From positions 1 through 37,068 of the forward strand of contig SDNY01000027.1 of the NCBI GenBank assembly GCA_004524535.1: a stretch of DNA of 37,068 bases, read 5' to 3'. Position 1 is the first letter of the stretch; each line of letters starts with the position of its first letter. This document shows, in pieces, positions 27,518-37,068 of this stretch. Made by a program: the position numbers and the translations under genes. The notes under the pieces were generated by a model. It did not search any database and had not been told where the DNA came from. It saw nothing but the letters and a program-made list of their open reading frames with translations. The stretch comes from Promethearchaeota archaeon (GTDB lineage: Archaea > Asgardarchaeota > Lokiarchaeia > Sigyniarchaeales > SOKP01).

Positions 27518-29344
27518 ATTACGTTTCTCAATTCAATTAACTCTCCAGCAATAGTTTTCAAGAATTTTTCTTTTATTTATGGTAAAGATAACTCTAAGAA
27601 CCCTGCAGTTTCAAATATAAATTTAAGTTTAAATACCGGGGATGTATTAATTTTAGCTGGTCCAAGCGGTAGTGGAAAATCAACTCTTTCTTATGCTATG
27701 AATGGAATAATTCCATGGAGACTAAAAGGATTTATGAAAGGGGATGTTGAGATTTTTAGTAAAAGCATCTGGGACTATAATTTTATGGAATTAAGTAAAA
27801 TAGTAGGTCTAATTAAGCAAAATCCCCTTGAACAATTAGTGACATTTAAAGTTAGAGATGAGATTGGATTTGGATTAGAGAATCTTAAATATTCAGCAAA
27901 TGAGATCAAGAAAAAGATTGATGAAATTGCTAAATTTATGGGAATTTCCCATTTATTAGATCGTGATATTGATCAATTAAGTGGAGGCCAAAAGCAATTA
28001 ACCATTCTCTGTTCATTTTTGGTAATGAATCCTAAAATTCTCATCTTAGATGAACCAATTGCATTTTTAGATCAAAAATCTGAAAGTCTTCTCTTAGAAA
28101 GATTGCAACGATTGGTTAAAAAATTAGATGATAAGTTAACTATTGTCATAATTGAACATAGATTATCCAGAATAATAAATATAGCAAATAAGATTGTTGT
28201 CTTAGATGATAAAGGAAAAATAAAATTCATGGGCAATATCTCAGAAATAATACATAACAAATATGATCAACTTAGAGCTTCTAACGTGAGAGTGCCTTGG
28301 ATAATTGATACTTTTTATAAATTTAAACAAGCTCTTAATTATCATAATCAAAAATTCAAGATTCCAGTTAATTTTCAGCAATTAATTGATTTAGTGGATA
28401 AATTAAATAATTTTGAACTTGAAACACTTCAAAAAATTCTCATTAATAGTGAGATAAAACCAAATTCAATGGAAAAATTCCAGAAATATAAAGATAAAAT
28501 ACATTTTGACGAGATATATCTTGAGAAATTAAAAGATACTAGATTTCAATTAATTAATGCACTCAATCCAAATATAAATGAAAAAAATCAAGAAGAAAAT
28601 TTAATTTTAGAAACTAAAAATTTATGTTTCACTTATCCTAATTCTAATATAAATGCTATTCGAGATTTATCAATTAAAATTGACCAAGGAGATTTTCTAG
28701 GACTTATAGGACCAAATGGCTCTGGAAAAACAACGTTATTATATCTCTTGGCAAATCTTTACGATCCCGCAGAAGGTATTATTTTTTATAAAGATAGAAA
28801 TTTAAGAGATCTAGACTCTTATGAATATGCCAAGAAAATTGGTTTTATTTTTCAGAATCCTGAAAATATGATTTTTAAGTCAACTTTAAAAGAAGAAATT
28901 TTATATGGTCCAAAAAATTTTGGAATAGAAAAAAAAATTACAGAAGATTATCTTTTAAAATTAATTAACCTAATAGGTAATGAAGATCCCGATAAAAATC
29001 CTTATAATTTAAGCTGGGGGCAAAAAAGGAGATTAAATTTAAGTTCTATTTTTATTTATGATCCTGAGATTATATTACTAGATGAACCATTTATTGGACA
29101 AGATCAAAGAACTATAGATTCTCTAATTGAGACTCTTTTTATTGAAAATAAGAGAGGGAAAACGATAATTATCTCTTCACACGATTACCATCTCCTCCTT
29201 AAATATACAAATAGAATTATTGAACTTAATCATGATGGAACTCTTAGAGAATATGATATGAAATTAGATTATTTTATGAAACATAACAATTTAGGACCAA
29301 TCATCCTTCTCAACAAAATTAAAGAAAAATTAGGGGCAAATTAA
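27518..29344 (+). CDS. ECF transporter duplicated ATPase (A-A' fusion)
   Basis: First Walker A GPSGSGKST lies upstream of the ORF-track ATG in the same frame (open from 27518). QNP, LSGGQKQ, LDEP; second domain GPNGSGKTT, FQNPE, LSWGQKRR, LDEP. True start uncertain. Confidence 0.9.
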   Translation: MTFLNSINSPAIVFKNFSFIYGKDNSKNPAVSNINLSLNTGDVLILAGPSGSGKSTLSYAMNGIIPWRLKGFMKGDVEIFSKSIWDYNFMELSKIVGLIKQNPLEQLVTFKVRDEIGFGLENLKYSANEIKKKIDEIAKFMGISHLLDRDIDQLSGGQKQLTILCSFLVMNPKILILDEPIAFLDQKSESLLLERLQRLVKKLDDKLTIVIIEHRLSRIINIANKIVVLDDKGKIKFMGNISEIIHNKYDQLRASNVRVPWIIDTFYKFKQALNYHNQKFKIPVNFQQLIDLVDKLNNFELETLQKILINSEIKPNSMEKFQKYKDKIHFDEIYLEKLKDTRFQLINALNPNINEKNQEENLILETKNLCFTYPNSNINAIRDLSIKIDQGDFLGLIGPNGSGKTTLLYLLANLYDPAEGIIFYKDRNLRDLDSYEYAKKIGFIFQNPENMIFKSTLKEEILYGPKNFGIEKKITEDYLLKLINLIGNEDPDKNPYNLSWGQKRRLNLSSIFIYDPEIILLDEPFIGQDQRTIDSLIETLFIENKRGKTIIISSHDYHLLLKYTNRIIELNHDGTLREYDMKLDYFMKHNNLGPIILLNKIKEKLGAN

Positions 29345-29347
29345 ATA

Positions 29348-30232
29348 GTGAAAAGAAAAAACAAAAACAAAATACTAGACAAGAAACAATATTTATTTGC
29401 ATATGTTCCCGGTAATTCAATTTTTCATAAATTAAATCCTCTCTCTAAATTATTTTTTTTAATCTTTCTTACGATAATTACTTTGGTGAGCAATAGTCTC
29501 ATTTTTATGGCATTCATTTTTCTAATTGTATTATTAATGGCTTTACTTAGTGGGATCTCCCTCATGAATTTAATTCATAAATTAAAGTTTATCGTTATGA
29601 TTTTAATAGTAAGTGTTATTTTGAATATTTTTTTTAACGCTATTCCAAATGAAGAAGAAGTAATTCTTTTTTATTTACTCGGATTAAAATTTTTACCAAT
29701 TCGAAAACTTGCTGTATATTATGCCCTTAAAGCAATGTTTATCGTGTTAATTCTTTACACTTCTACAATTATTTATACAAATACAACAGATATTAGAGAT
29801 TTTGTTTATGCTTTGATGAAGTTAAAAATACCATACAGATATTGCTTTGCATTAATGGTTGGGATTAGATATATTCCTATTATTGAAGAGGAGGCAAGAA
29901 CCATTTCATTAGCTCAAAGAGCAAGAGGATTTGGGTTAGAAAAAGTAAATTCAGTAAAAAAAGCTTACCGATTTATTTTTGAAAGATTAATTGCAACCTT
30001 AGTTGTGGTATTGAGAAAGGCTTATGTGACATCAATATCCATGGAAAATAGGTGTTTTGGGATTTACAAAGAAAGAACAAATTTGATAGAAATAAAATTT
30101 AAACTATTAGATATTGTTTTTATGATTATTGTTTCAATAATTTTCGTTGGAATTTTATTTTATTTATTTCAATTGCTCCCGTTACCACAATTCCCTTCTC
30201 TATATCGCATTTTTTTAAAGAATTTTAAATAA
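29348..30232 (+). CDS. ecfT: ECF transporter transmembrane (T) component
   Basis: SIFHKLNPLSKL, RYIPII, AQRARG and SMENRCF coupling motifs. Confidence 0.9.
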   Translation: MKRKNKNKILDKKQYLFAYVPGNSIFHKLNPLSKLFFLIFLTIITLVSNSLIFMAFIFLIVLLMALLSGISLMNLIHKLKFIVMILIVSVILNIFFNAIPNEEEVILFYLLGLKFLPIRKLAVYYALKAMFIVLILYTSTIIYTNTTDIRDFVYALMKLKIPYRYCFALMVGIRYIPIIEEEARTISLAQRARGFGLEKVNSVKKAYRFIFERLIATLVVVLRKAYVTSISMENRCFGIYKERTNLIEIKFKLLDIVFMIIVSIIFVGILFYLFQLLPLPQFPSLYRIFLKNFK

Positions 30233-30268
30233 TTTGAAAAACCGAAATAATAATATTATCATTTTATA

Positions 30269-31102
30269 CTAGTGAATATTTTTTAGAAGTTCTAAATAAT
30301 CACTATAATTTTCTCGCGTAATTGAATATTTTTTAGTAGTAGAACCCCATCTTATATTATTTCGAATATTATGTAAAAAGCCCTTTGCATTAATAATCCT
30401 AGTACCCCCAACTACATTAATTCCCCTTTTAAAGAGAGGATCGGGTAAAAATCCAGCAGTAGGCCCTATAATCGAAGTTTTTTCTGCATTTGAGCAAAAT
30501 TTTAGAATATCATCGATTGTATCGTTCAATATTGTGGTACTAGTTAATAATACTTTATTGCAGTCTTCTAAATTAGTGGGATCTAAAGTAACTACCCAGT
30601 TCTTTTCTTTTTTCACTAAATCCTCTTTTAATTCAATAATAACTAATTTATTCCCTCTTTCCTCAATCTTTTTAACAAGCGGTGGAAAAAAACCGACCAT
30701 TCCCACTATATCTTTTTCATATATGTTTAATAAGCCTAAAGAATCTGAAGTATGATCAAAGGAAAAATTAGTTTTTTTAAAAAAAAATTGACTAATTGCA
30801 TTAATAGCTCCCATACTTAAGGATTTTTTATACAAATTATTGGATGTAAAATTCTTTACTAAATCCATTGGAGAAATATCTTTATATTCTTTTGAATCGA
30901 TTTTAAGAATTTCTTTCTTGACTTCTCGAGTTAATGCTACAAAGAAAATACCGATTGAGTTATCTTCTAATATTATTGCTGCAAAATTTGATTTTTTTGC
31001 TTTCTCATCAACAGCTGGAACAATAATTTCTTTAATTAATGGAATTTGAACTCTCTTAGCAATATCATTTAAGATTACCTGATATTCGGAAGATATTGTC
31101 AT
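30269..31102 (-). CDS. DUF364 (Rossmann-like) family protein
   Basis: MGAINAISQ, VGMVGFFPP, IIEL, LLTSTTILNDTID, IIGPTA, GVNV-like VVGG. Confidence 0.85.
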   Translation of the reverse strand: MTISSEYQVILNDIAKRVQIPLIKEIIVPAVDEKAKKSNFAAIILEDNSIGIFFVALTREVKKEILKIDSKEYKDISPMDLVKNFTSNNLYKKSLSMGAINAISQFFFKKTNFSFDHTSDSLGLLNIYEKDIVGMVGFFPPLVKKIEERGNKLVIIELKEDLVKKEKNWVVTLDPTNLEDCNKVLLTSTTILNDTIDDILKFCSNAEKTSIIGPTAGFLPDPLFKRGINVVGGTRIINAKGFLHNIRNNIRWGSTTKKYSITRENYSDYLELLKNIH

Positions 31103-31147
31103 CTTTAAATTAATTAATTGTAAAATTTAAAAGAAGTTCTAATAACT

Positions 31148-33337
31148 TTATTGATAGGGTTTAATAACGTGAATAACGTCATCAAAATCGATTCCTAACT
31201 CTTTTACTAACTCAATGGTTGGGCAACCAAACGCATTCCAACCACGTTGTTGATATACCGCCTCTTGAAGTTTAAAATACTGAATTTCTCTATATTTTCG
31301 CAAAATTTTCATTTTTTCTTCAGTAGATTTACCTTCGATATCTATATCGAGCTCTTTTAATTGGTCATCATATCTTTTTTGGCGACTTTCATATTCCATT
31401 TTTGTTACGGGTCCCATTGCTCTATAAGGTATATTGGAATCATGTTCCCTTAAACCCTTACCTTGACGAATATTAAAAATCCTTTGTAAATTATAGACAC
31501 GTTCGGACATTCGGATAAGATCATCAGGATCTGCTTTGATGCCTGTTACTGCTGTATAATAATCTGCATACCATTGAACATGTTGTGGAATTTTAGCTTG
31601 TAATAGTTCCCCTGCCATCTTAATCGGCAAATCAAAATTAGATGGAGGAGGGACGTCATTCCAAGGGAGTTTACAGAGTCCACATAACCCAAACCAAGTT
31701 CTCCATAAAGGGAACCAATACAATGCTTTAGCTTTATCTTCAAATGTCGGAATTGAATGACGCACGACATCCTCAAAAATCAACCATGCTTCATCATGTT
31801 GAGGCCCTTTGTTTGTTAAAGCATATCCTCCTTGTTGAGTGAGTGATTCTTTTGTAACATATTCAGAAAATTCAAGTCCTTTATGCTCCATACCTATATC
31901 TTGAAGAAATCGTGGGTTGCCACCATATTTAGCTGCAAATATCTCTTTCATTTTTTTAATTCCTTGACCAACGACCAGACCAAAACCCTCTCCTCGTGCC
32001 ATTTGATGAATTAATTCAATTGCGGCTTCAGCATTTCCAAACTGTAATTCAAGCCCTCCCGTGATTTCTTTATTTATAATTCCCTCTTCATAACATTCCA
32101 TCACAAACGCAATTCCAGTTCCGACTCCTATGGTATCCAAACCATAAGTATCACAGTAAAAATTTGCCTCCATAACCCATTGAGGATCCCATACACCCCA
32201 ATTTGATCCACATCCCGCAATAGTTTCATATTCAGGACCATCAATTATTACTTTTTCTCCTTTAAACTCCCCCGTCATAACTTCATAGCCTTCCACCCAG
32301 TGACTACAGCTAACGCTACACCCAAAAAAGCATCCATCTGATCCCTTTCCCGTATGTTCCCCGAAAAGATCTGCCCATACTTGGCGTTTATAAGGGATTT
32401 CTTTATCTTTAATTTCACGATGTTGTCCAAATCGAAAATTTTCAGTCGGGAGTAAATCTGTAATATTCATAATATCTGGAAGGTATCCAGTTCCTACAAT
32501 TCTCATTTGGTTCATAGAAGGATCGTAGGTTATTATTTCTTTTTTGTGTTTCCTCCCGATCTCAATTAATTTTTCTGGATCAGCAGGATTATTATTTTTA
32601 ACATCATATCGAGGAGATCGACATATTAATGCTTTAATTTTTTTATTAGCAAATACACTCCCAATTCCACCCCTACCTGCTTGTTTACAAGAAGCCCATT
32701 TCCTTTTTCGTGCATACCACGAGGAATTTAGCATCCCCCATCTTGTGTGCTTTGCGGCAGGTCCTGTACTAACTACAGAAACCATCTGTTTTTCTTTTTC
32801 CGTAGGTTCTTTCGCAAAGTTTTCTGTTAACTGTTGAGTAAGAAGATGTGATAAGTCTGAAAGATTGTCTGATTCTTCAACCTTTATAATTTGAACCATG
32901 TGATCTTGCCCATTAATAAATATCAACACATCATTTTCGGCTTTTCCTTGAATTTCGAGGGTATCAAAACCAGAATATTTTAGATAGGGTCCGAAATGCC
33001 CTCCTACATTACTGTCTATCACAATTCCAGTCAGAGGGGAAATTGCAGTAACTATAGATTTACCTCCTCCAGGATAATATGTACTGGCTCCTAAAGGACC
33101 TGTTGCCCAACAGATTTCATTTTCAGGGTCGTCCCATTTAACAATTCTGTCTTTCGGTAAGCTGTTCCACATAAGCCAAAGATCAAAACCCCTACCACCG
33201 ATGAATTTTTCTTTCATTTCATCAGTTACAGGTTTAATTTTAATTTCGTTTGTTGTTAAATTAATGTATAAAGTTCGATTTGTATATCCTCGACTCATAT
33301 CTTGGTGGTCATACTTGAGTTCTGCTAATATCAACAC
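31148..33337 (-). CDS. aor: Aldehyde:ferredoxin oxidoreductase family tungstoenzyme
   Basis: FIGGRG, SPLTG...SNVGG, AGRGGIGSVFANKKIKA, CFFGCSVSC, GPEYET, DTYGLDTI, GLCKLPW, YQQRGW. Confidence 0.93.
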   Translation of the reverse strand: MLILAELKYDHQDMSRGYTNRTLYINLTTNEIKIKPVTDEMKEKFIGGRGFDLWLMWNSLPKDRIVKWDDPENEICWATGPLGASTYYPGGGKSIVTAISPLTGIVIDSNVGGHFGPYLKYSGFDTLEIQGKAENDVLIFINGQDHMVQIIKVEESDNLSDLSHLLTQQLTENFAKEPTEKEKQMVSVVSTGPAAKHTRWGMLNSSWYARKRKWASCKQAGRGGIGSVFANKKIKALICRSPRYDVKNNNPADPEKLIEIGRKHKKEIITYDPSMNQMRIVGTGYLPDIMNITDLLPTENFRFGQHREIKDKEIPYKRQVWADLFGEHTGKGSDGCFFGCSVSCSHWVEGYEVMTGEFKGEKVIIDGPEYETIAGCGSNWGVWDPQWVMEANFYCDTYGLDTIGVGTGIAFVMECYEEGIINKEITGGLELQFGNAEAAIELIHQMARGEGFGLVVGQGIKKMKEIFAAKYGGNPRFLQDIGMEHKGLEFSEYVTKESLTQQGGYALTNKGPQHDEAWLIFEDVVRHSIPTFEDKAKALYWFPLWRTWFGLCGLCKLPWNDVPPPSNFDLPIKMAGELLQAKIPQHVQWYADYYTAVTGIKADPDDLIRMSERVYNLQRIFNIRQGKGLREHDSNIPYRAMGPVTKMEYESRQKRYDDQLKELDIDIEGKSTEEKMKILRKYREIQYFKLQEAVYQQRGWNAFGCPTIELVKELGIDFDDVIHVIKPYQ

Positions 33338-33548
33338 ATATCACATCGATTTTAAACTAGAATATTATAATTAGGATATTACTATGAAATTCTTTAATTA
33401 AATTAAGTTTAAGGTTTAATTATCTTTTATTAATCCCTTTAAAATTTAAGAAAAATTTTTTTTTCATTTTTTAATGATGTGTAACATCTTTATTTTGTTT
33501 TTAATGAAAATTACCAAAAATTTTTAGAAATAGTTCATTTTAAACTGT

Positions 33549-34418
33549 ATGGATGATATAACCGAAAAAGTTCGAGAAATACAGAAAAAATTTAAGATCA
33601 TTGGACGATCAGAGGAGCTTAAAAAAATTATTCTAGCCCGCATTGTTGGCAAGAACATATTAATTGAAGGAGAAGTAGGTGTTGGCAAAACAACACTTGC
33701 ACAGGCGATTTCGAATTATTTTGATTCAGATTTTAATCGTATTGATTGTTCAGAAGATACTCTTACTCACAATTTAGTGGGACATTGGGATCCTCCATTA
33801 GTTATTTCAAATGGATATATAGAGGATTCATATGTATATGGTCCTCTTGCTTCAGCTATGTCCAATGGTGGATGCTTATTCATAAATGAAATAAATAGAA
33901 TGCCCGAAAGTACTCAAAATGCCTTATTAACTGCATTAGACGAGAGAATTCTTGATATTCCTAAATTAAAAACAATCCACGCTACTGATAATTTCTTTGT
34001 AGTTGCCACCCTAAATCCTTCGGCTCATGTGGGTGTATCTGTATTAGGAGAAGCCATAAAAGATAGATTTATTTGGATTAAGATTGATTATCAGAAGCCG
34101 GAAGAAGAGATTGAAATTATTAAACAAGAAGTTAAACTTAATGGGGATTTAGACGATAAAATTGCTAGAATTTCCCAGGAAATAGTTCAAATAACAAGAA
34201 ATAACCCCTCACTCCGTAGAGGAAGCTCTATAAGAGGATCTATTGATTTAGCAGCGCTTATATCTCAATACGATACAAATAATAGTACCAAAAACTGGAT
34301 TGAAGCAGCTATTATGGCTCTTTATAATAAAATTGAACTTGAAGACGGTGTGTCAAAATCCAAAAAGGAAATTATAACTGAGATTGTTTTATCGGTATTG
34401 AATAGTTCGGATTTTTAG
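33549..34418 (+). CDS. MoxR-like AAA+ ATPase
   Basis: IIGRSEEL, GEVGVGKTT (Walker A), LFINEINRMP (Walker B with N for D), ATLNP, AIKDRF, SSIRG. Confidence 0.92.
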   Translation: MDDITEKVREIQKKFKIIGRSEELKKIILARIVGKNILIEGEVGVGKTTLAQAISNYFDSDFNRIDCSEDTLTHNLVGHWDPPLVISNGYIEDSYVYGPLASAMSNGGCLFINEINRMPESTQNALLTALDERILDIPKLKTIHATDNFFVVATLNPSAHVGVSVLGEAIKDRFIWIKIDYQKPEEEIEIIKQEVKLNGDLDDKIARISQEIVQITRNNPSLRRGSSIRGSIDLAALISQYDTNNSTKNWIEAAIMALYNKIELEDGVSKSKKEIITEIVLSVLNSSDF

Positions 34419-34458
34419 TAATCGATGATTTCTCGACGGAAAATTCCGAAGAGATTGA
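34409..34458 (+). promoter_or_regulatory. Candidate -1 ribosomal frameshift signal (G_GAT_TTT + stop + bulged stem-loop)
   Basis: Heptamer 34409-34415 immediately before the MoxR TAG. The -1 frame is open to 35533. Downstream pairing TCGAT/ATTGA, CTC/GAG and CGGA-AAAT-TCCG starts 6 nt after the heptamer. Confidence 0.6.
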
Positions 34459-35533
34459 GAGTAAAAGGCTTAAAGTTAGACTTACGGAAAGACCTCCTGA
34501 TAAAGAGATTTTAAGATTAGAGATAATTAGAAAAAAGAAAAATAAACCCGATTATTATCGACATTTGGCAAATTCGTTAGATTATAAACAAATAAAGGAA
34601 ATGACATACTTAGCAATCCAGTATAAAAACCTTGAAGCTATTATGGGTATGCTTAAGTCAAACGTTTACGCAGCGACGGATGCCTTAGACTGCGAAGAGG
34701 GGGTAAAATTTTTTACCGAAAAATCTAAAGAATCAAATATGGTTATGCCGGAGATATATTTTTTTATTAGACGACCAATTTCTACAAAATATAAAAATAT
34801 CTTTAGAAGGCTTGCCCGTCAAAGCATTTTAAAAACGTCCCTTAAAATCACAAGCAGAGGTATTAAAGGAAAGGTAAAAAAGACTTTCCCTTATTATGAA
34901 ATTGGAATGCCTGAATTTGATTTGGATGAGACCATACAGCATAAACCTTTGAAGATCTATGAGAAAAGTTTATCTTACAATGATATATATGGAATTAAAA
35001 GGCAACAACAAAAGAGAAATGTGGTTTTAATTCTTGATACGAGTGGTAGTATGTATGGAAAAACACTATTAAATGCCGCTCTTACAACATCTGTTCTAGC
35101 CTATAATATGGAGAAAGAAAATTATGGTATAGTGCTTTTCAATTCAACAGCTATGACATTAAAAAAAATTAAAGAGAAAAAATCAGTTATTTCTATTATC
35201 GATGAAATTCTAGATTCCGAGGCTGTAGGATTTACTAACATCCAAATTGGTTTAGAGAAAGGTTTAAAACAATTAAATCAAGTTAAAGAAAATAGAAAAC
35301 ATAAATTTGGTATTTTAATTACTGATGGAAATTATAATCGTGGAGAAAATCCTCTTGCTATCTCAAAAAAATATCCTAAATTGCATGTAATAGGGATGCC
35401 CGCAGAAAATGACGCTGATAGAGGTATTGATACTTGTCGAGAACTTGCTAAAGCTGGAAAAGGAAAATTTTTTGCCGTAACCGATTATAAAGAAATTCCG
35501 AGAGCACTCATAAATTTATTATCTCAAACTTAG
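34415..35533 (+). CDS. von Willebrand factor A domain protein (MoxR partner), possibly expressed as a frameshift fusion
   Basis: EFDLDETI, LILDTSGSM (MIDAS), GFTNI..GL, ILITDG. The frame is open from 34406, about 50 codons before the first TTG at 34565. Confidence 0.88.
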   Translation, partial: LVIDDFSTENSEEIESKRLKVRLTERPPDKEILRLEIIRKKKNKPDYYRHLANSLDYKQIKEMTYLAIQYKNLEAIMGMLKSNVYAATDALDCEEGVKFFTEKSKESNMVMPEIYFFIRRPISTKYKNIFRRLARQSILKTSLKITSRGIKGKVKKTFPYYEIGMPEFDLDETIQHKPLKIYEKSLSYNDIYGIKRQQQKRNVVLILDTSGSMYGKTLLNAALTTSVLAYNMEKENYGIVLFNSTAMTLKKIKEKKSVISIIDEILDSEAVGFTNIQIGLEKGLKQLNQVKENRKHKFGILITDGNYNRGENPLAISKKYPKLHVIGMPAENDADRGIDTCRELAKAGKGKFFAVTDYKEIPRALINLLSQT

Positions 35534-35667
35534 TATAAATCTATTTTAATGCTTTTAATGCTTTTATTTTTTATAATTATTAAAAATTTAAGCTCTTATA
35601 CTTTATTTATAATAAAAAAGAATTTTATTATTAAGGTCAATTCATTTTAGAGAGAGAAAAGAGAAAA

Positions 35668-36999
35668 GTGGTAAGACCACCGACAAAAAGAAATATTTGT
35701 TTGCTTTGTAAAGGTGCCCGGTTATATTGTGGGAAAAAAACATGTCCAATCTTATTAAAGCAATCTATCCTAAAATCTATCATCCCTTTTGAATGGGGAA
35801 AATCTAAACGGAATGTTGAGATTTTCGGCGCAAGTCCACCTGGATTTTTTGTTGGAAGATACAATTATCCAAATGTAGCTGTTGGTCCCCTCATCCCTTT
35901 TAAAGAATTTGAATCAAATCTCAATATTGAAGATCATCACATTCTTGATGCTCCTGAACTTTGGTTTGGCAAACAAATGGCTGAAGTTATTCAATATAGG
36001 AGTAGTTTAGTTCGGAGTAATTTTAAAATAAATATTAAAATTGACGAGCAAAAATTAAAAAATACTCCTCCGATAAGTGCTCAAAAATTATTAGAAACCT
36101 CGCAGGAACTTTCAATGGCCGCCCGTCCGGTAGATACGGAAACAAAATTGCAAAAATTAAATCTACGGATGATAATGGATAATCATGCTCTACCCGTAGG
36201 TCCTTCGGGTATTACAGAAAAAATAAGAATTACAGAAAATGTAAAGGTCCATCCAAAGGTGGATTATTGCGTATCTGATACTGATTTAAAGGCCCAAGAG
36301 GCTATATCTGAACATCTTTATCTTAAAGGAAGTGTTCCATTATCGTCAATTCAAAGAGTTTTTTCAGCAGGATTGCTTGGGGAAAAAAATAAGCGAAAAT
36401 TGGTACCTACGCGATGGGCAATAACTGCAATAGATGATATGATCTCAAAAAGATTAATTAATGAAGTTAAAAAATTCCCTGAGATTAACGATTATAGAAT
36501 TTTTGAAGCTAAATATCTTGATAATCATTTTAAAATTCTCTTGTTTCCCGGAAAATTCACCTATGAAATGAACGAAGTTTGGGCACCAAATTCATTATGG
36601 AATATTTCTCTTTCTGGAAATAATCGCAATTTAAAACCCCAAATAATGACAGATTTTGAATTTTATAGAGGCCGGAAATCATACGCAAGTAATATAACGG
36701 GTGCGTATTACGCTGCCCGAAAAGCAGTTTGCGATTATTTATTTAAATTAAGAAGACAAGCACGCATTTTAATTTTTCGAGAGGTCTCTTCTGGATATGT
36801 GGTTCCGTTAGGCGTATGGGTTATAAGGGAAACTGTAAAAAACGCTGTTGAATCGAATGAACCTATAATTTTAGATAATTTCGATGCTGCACTTAATAAA
36901 ATGACTGAAGGGCTAATTGTTGATATAAAACTCTGGAAAAAAAGTAGTAAATTAATTGATTTTATTAAAACACAAACTACTCTTGATAACTTTTTATAA
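35668..36999 (+). CDS. nreA: Archaeal DNA repair protein NreA
   Basis: N-terminal CLLCKG..LYCG...CP, GASPP.FVG..NYP, RKLVPTRWAITAID, GAYYAAR, PLGVWVIRE, C-terminal PIP box QTTLDNFL. Confidence 0.93.
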   Translation: MVRPPTKRNICLLCKGARLYCGKKTCPILLKQSILKSIIPFEWGKSKRNVEIFGASPPGFFVGRYNYPNVAVGPLIPFKEFESNLNIEDHHILDAPELWFGKQMAEVIQYRSSLVRSNFKINIKIDEQKLKNTPPISAQKLLETSQELSMAARPVDTETKLQKLNLRMIMDNHALPVGPSGITEKIRITENVKVHPKVDYCVSDTDLKAQEAISEHLYLKGSVPLSSIQRVFSAGLLGEKNKRKLVPTRWAITAIDDMISKRLINEVKKFPEINDYRIFEAKYLDNHFKILLFPGKFTYEMNEVWAPNSLWNISLSGNNRNLKPQIMTDFEFYRGRKSYASNITGAYYAARKAVCDYLFKLRRQARILIFREVSSGYVVPLGVWVIRETVKNAVESNEPIILDNFDAALNKMTEGLIVDIKLWKKSSKLIDFIKTQTTLDNFL

Positions 37000-37068
37000 T
37001 GTTTTCAATTTTGATAAATATCATTCGTTTAAGCTCGGAGAGAGCTATAAATAAAGAATTTAAGTAAT

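Noticed and set aside
33870-33905. Walker B 'FINE' (N for D) as evidence that the MoxR is inactive
   Set aside because: The catalytic Glu and other AAA+ motifs are intact; cannot call it inactive without an alignment.
39-35864. Short antisense or overlapping ORFs in the track (e.g. 39-236, 591-806, 1542-1769, 7133-7369, 8605-8937, 11828-12109, 14980-15411, 26367-26684, 32544-32837, 35637-35864)
   Set aside because: They are shadows of well-supported genes and have no motifs.
1-37068. CRISPR array, rRNA, IS/transposase
   Set aside because: No regularly spaced repeats, rRNA-like GC-rich tract or transposase motif was seen by eye.

Overview
AT-rich archaeal chromosomal window, most likely Asgard (Lokiarchaeia-like). 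This is inferred from gelsolin-domain genes, membrane proteins fused to longin-like domains, an archaeal NreA, a tungsten-type aldehyde:ferredoxin oxidoreductase and a tRNA lacking an encoded CCA. Contents in order: membrane protein, hisB, orphan adenine MTase, two 7TM-longin paralogs, citramalate synthase, three mosaic RDD paralogs, DedA, two gelsolin genes, tRNA-Leu(CAG), an accessory block (three toxin-antitoxin-like pairs, a P1B heavy-metal ATPase, a Zn-repeat nuclease-like gene), DUF166, an MFS-longin fusion plus kinase-like gene, a six-gene ECF transporter cluster with molybdopterin-binding-fold surface proteins, DUF364, AOR, MoxR AAA+/vWA and nreA. The most striking signals are absent from the ORF track: (1) an 18-codon Ile-rich leader ORF plus a 14-bp hairpin before citramalate synthase, a candidate archaeal ribosome-mediated attenuator; (2) a G_GAT_TTT slippery site at the MoxR stop with an open -1 frame into the vWA gene, a candidate programmed frameshift making an AAA+-vWA fusion; (3) a diverged duplicate of the DUF166 3' end bracketing a homing-endonuclease-like gene; (4) a 47-aa tail-anchored microprotein downstream of the gelsolin genes. 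The ECF cluster may be a metal-pterin cofactor scavenging system. All family calls come from motif recognition by eye; no searches were run.
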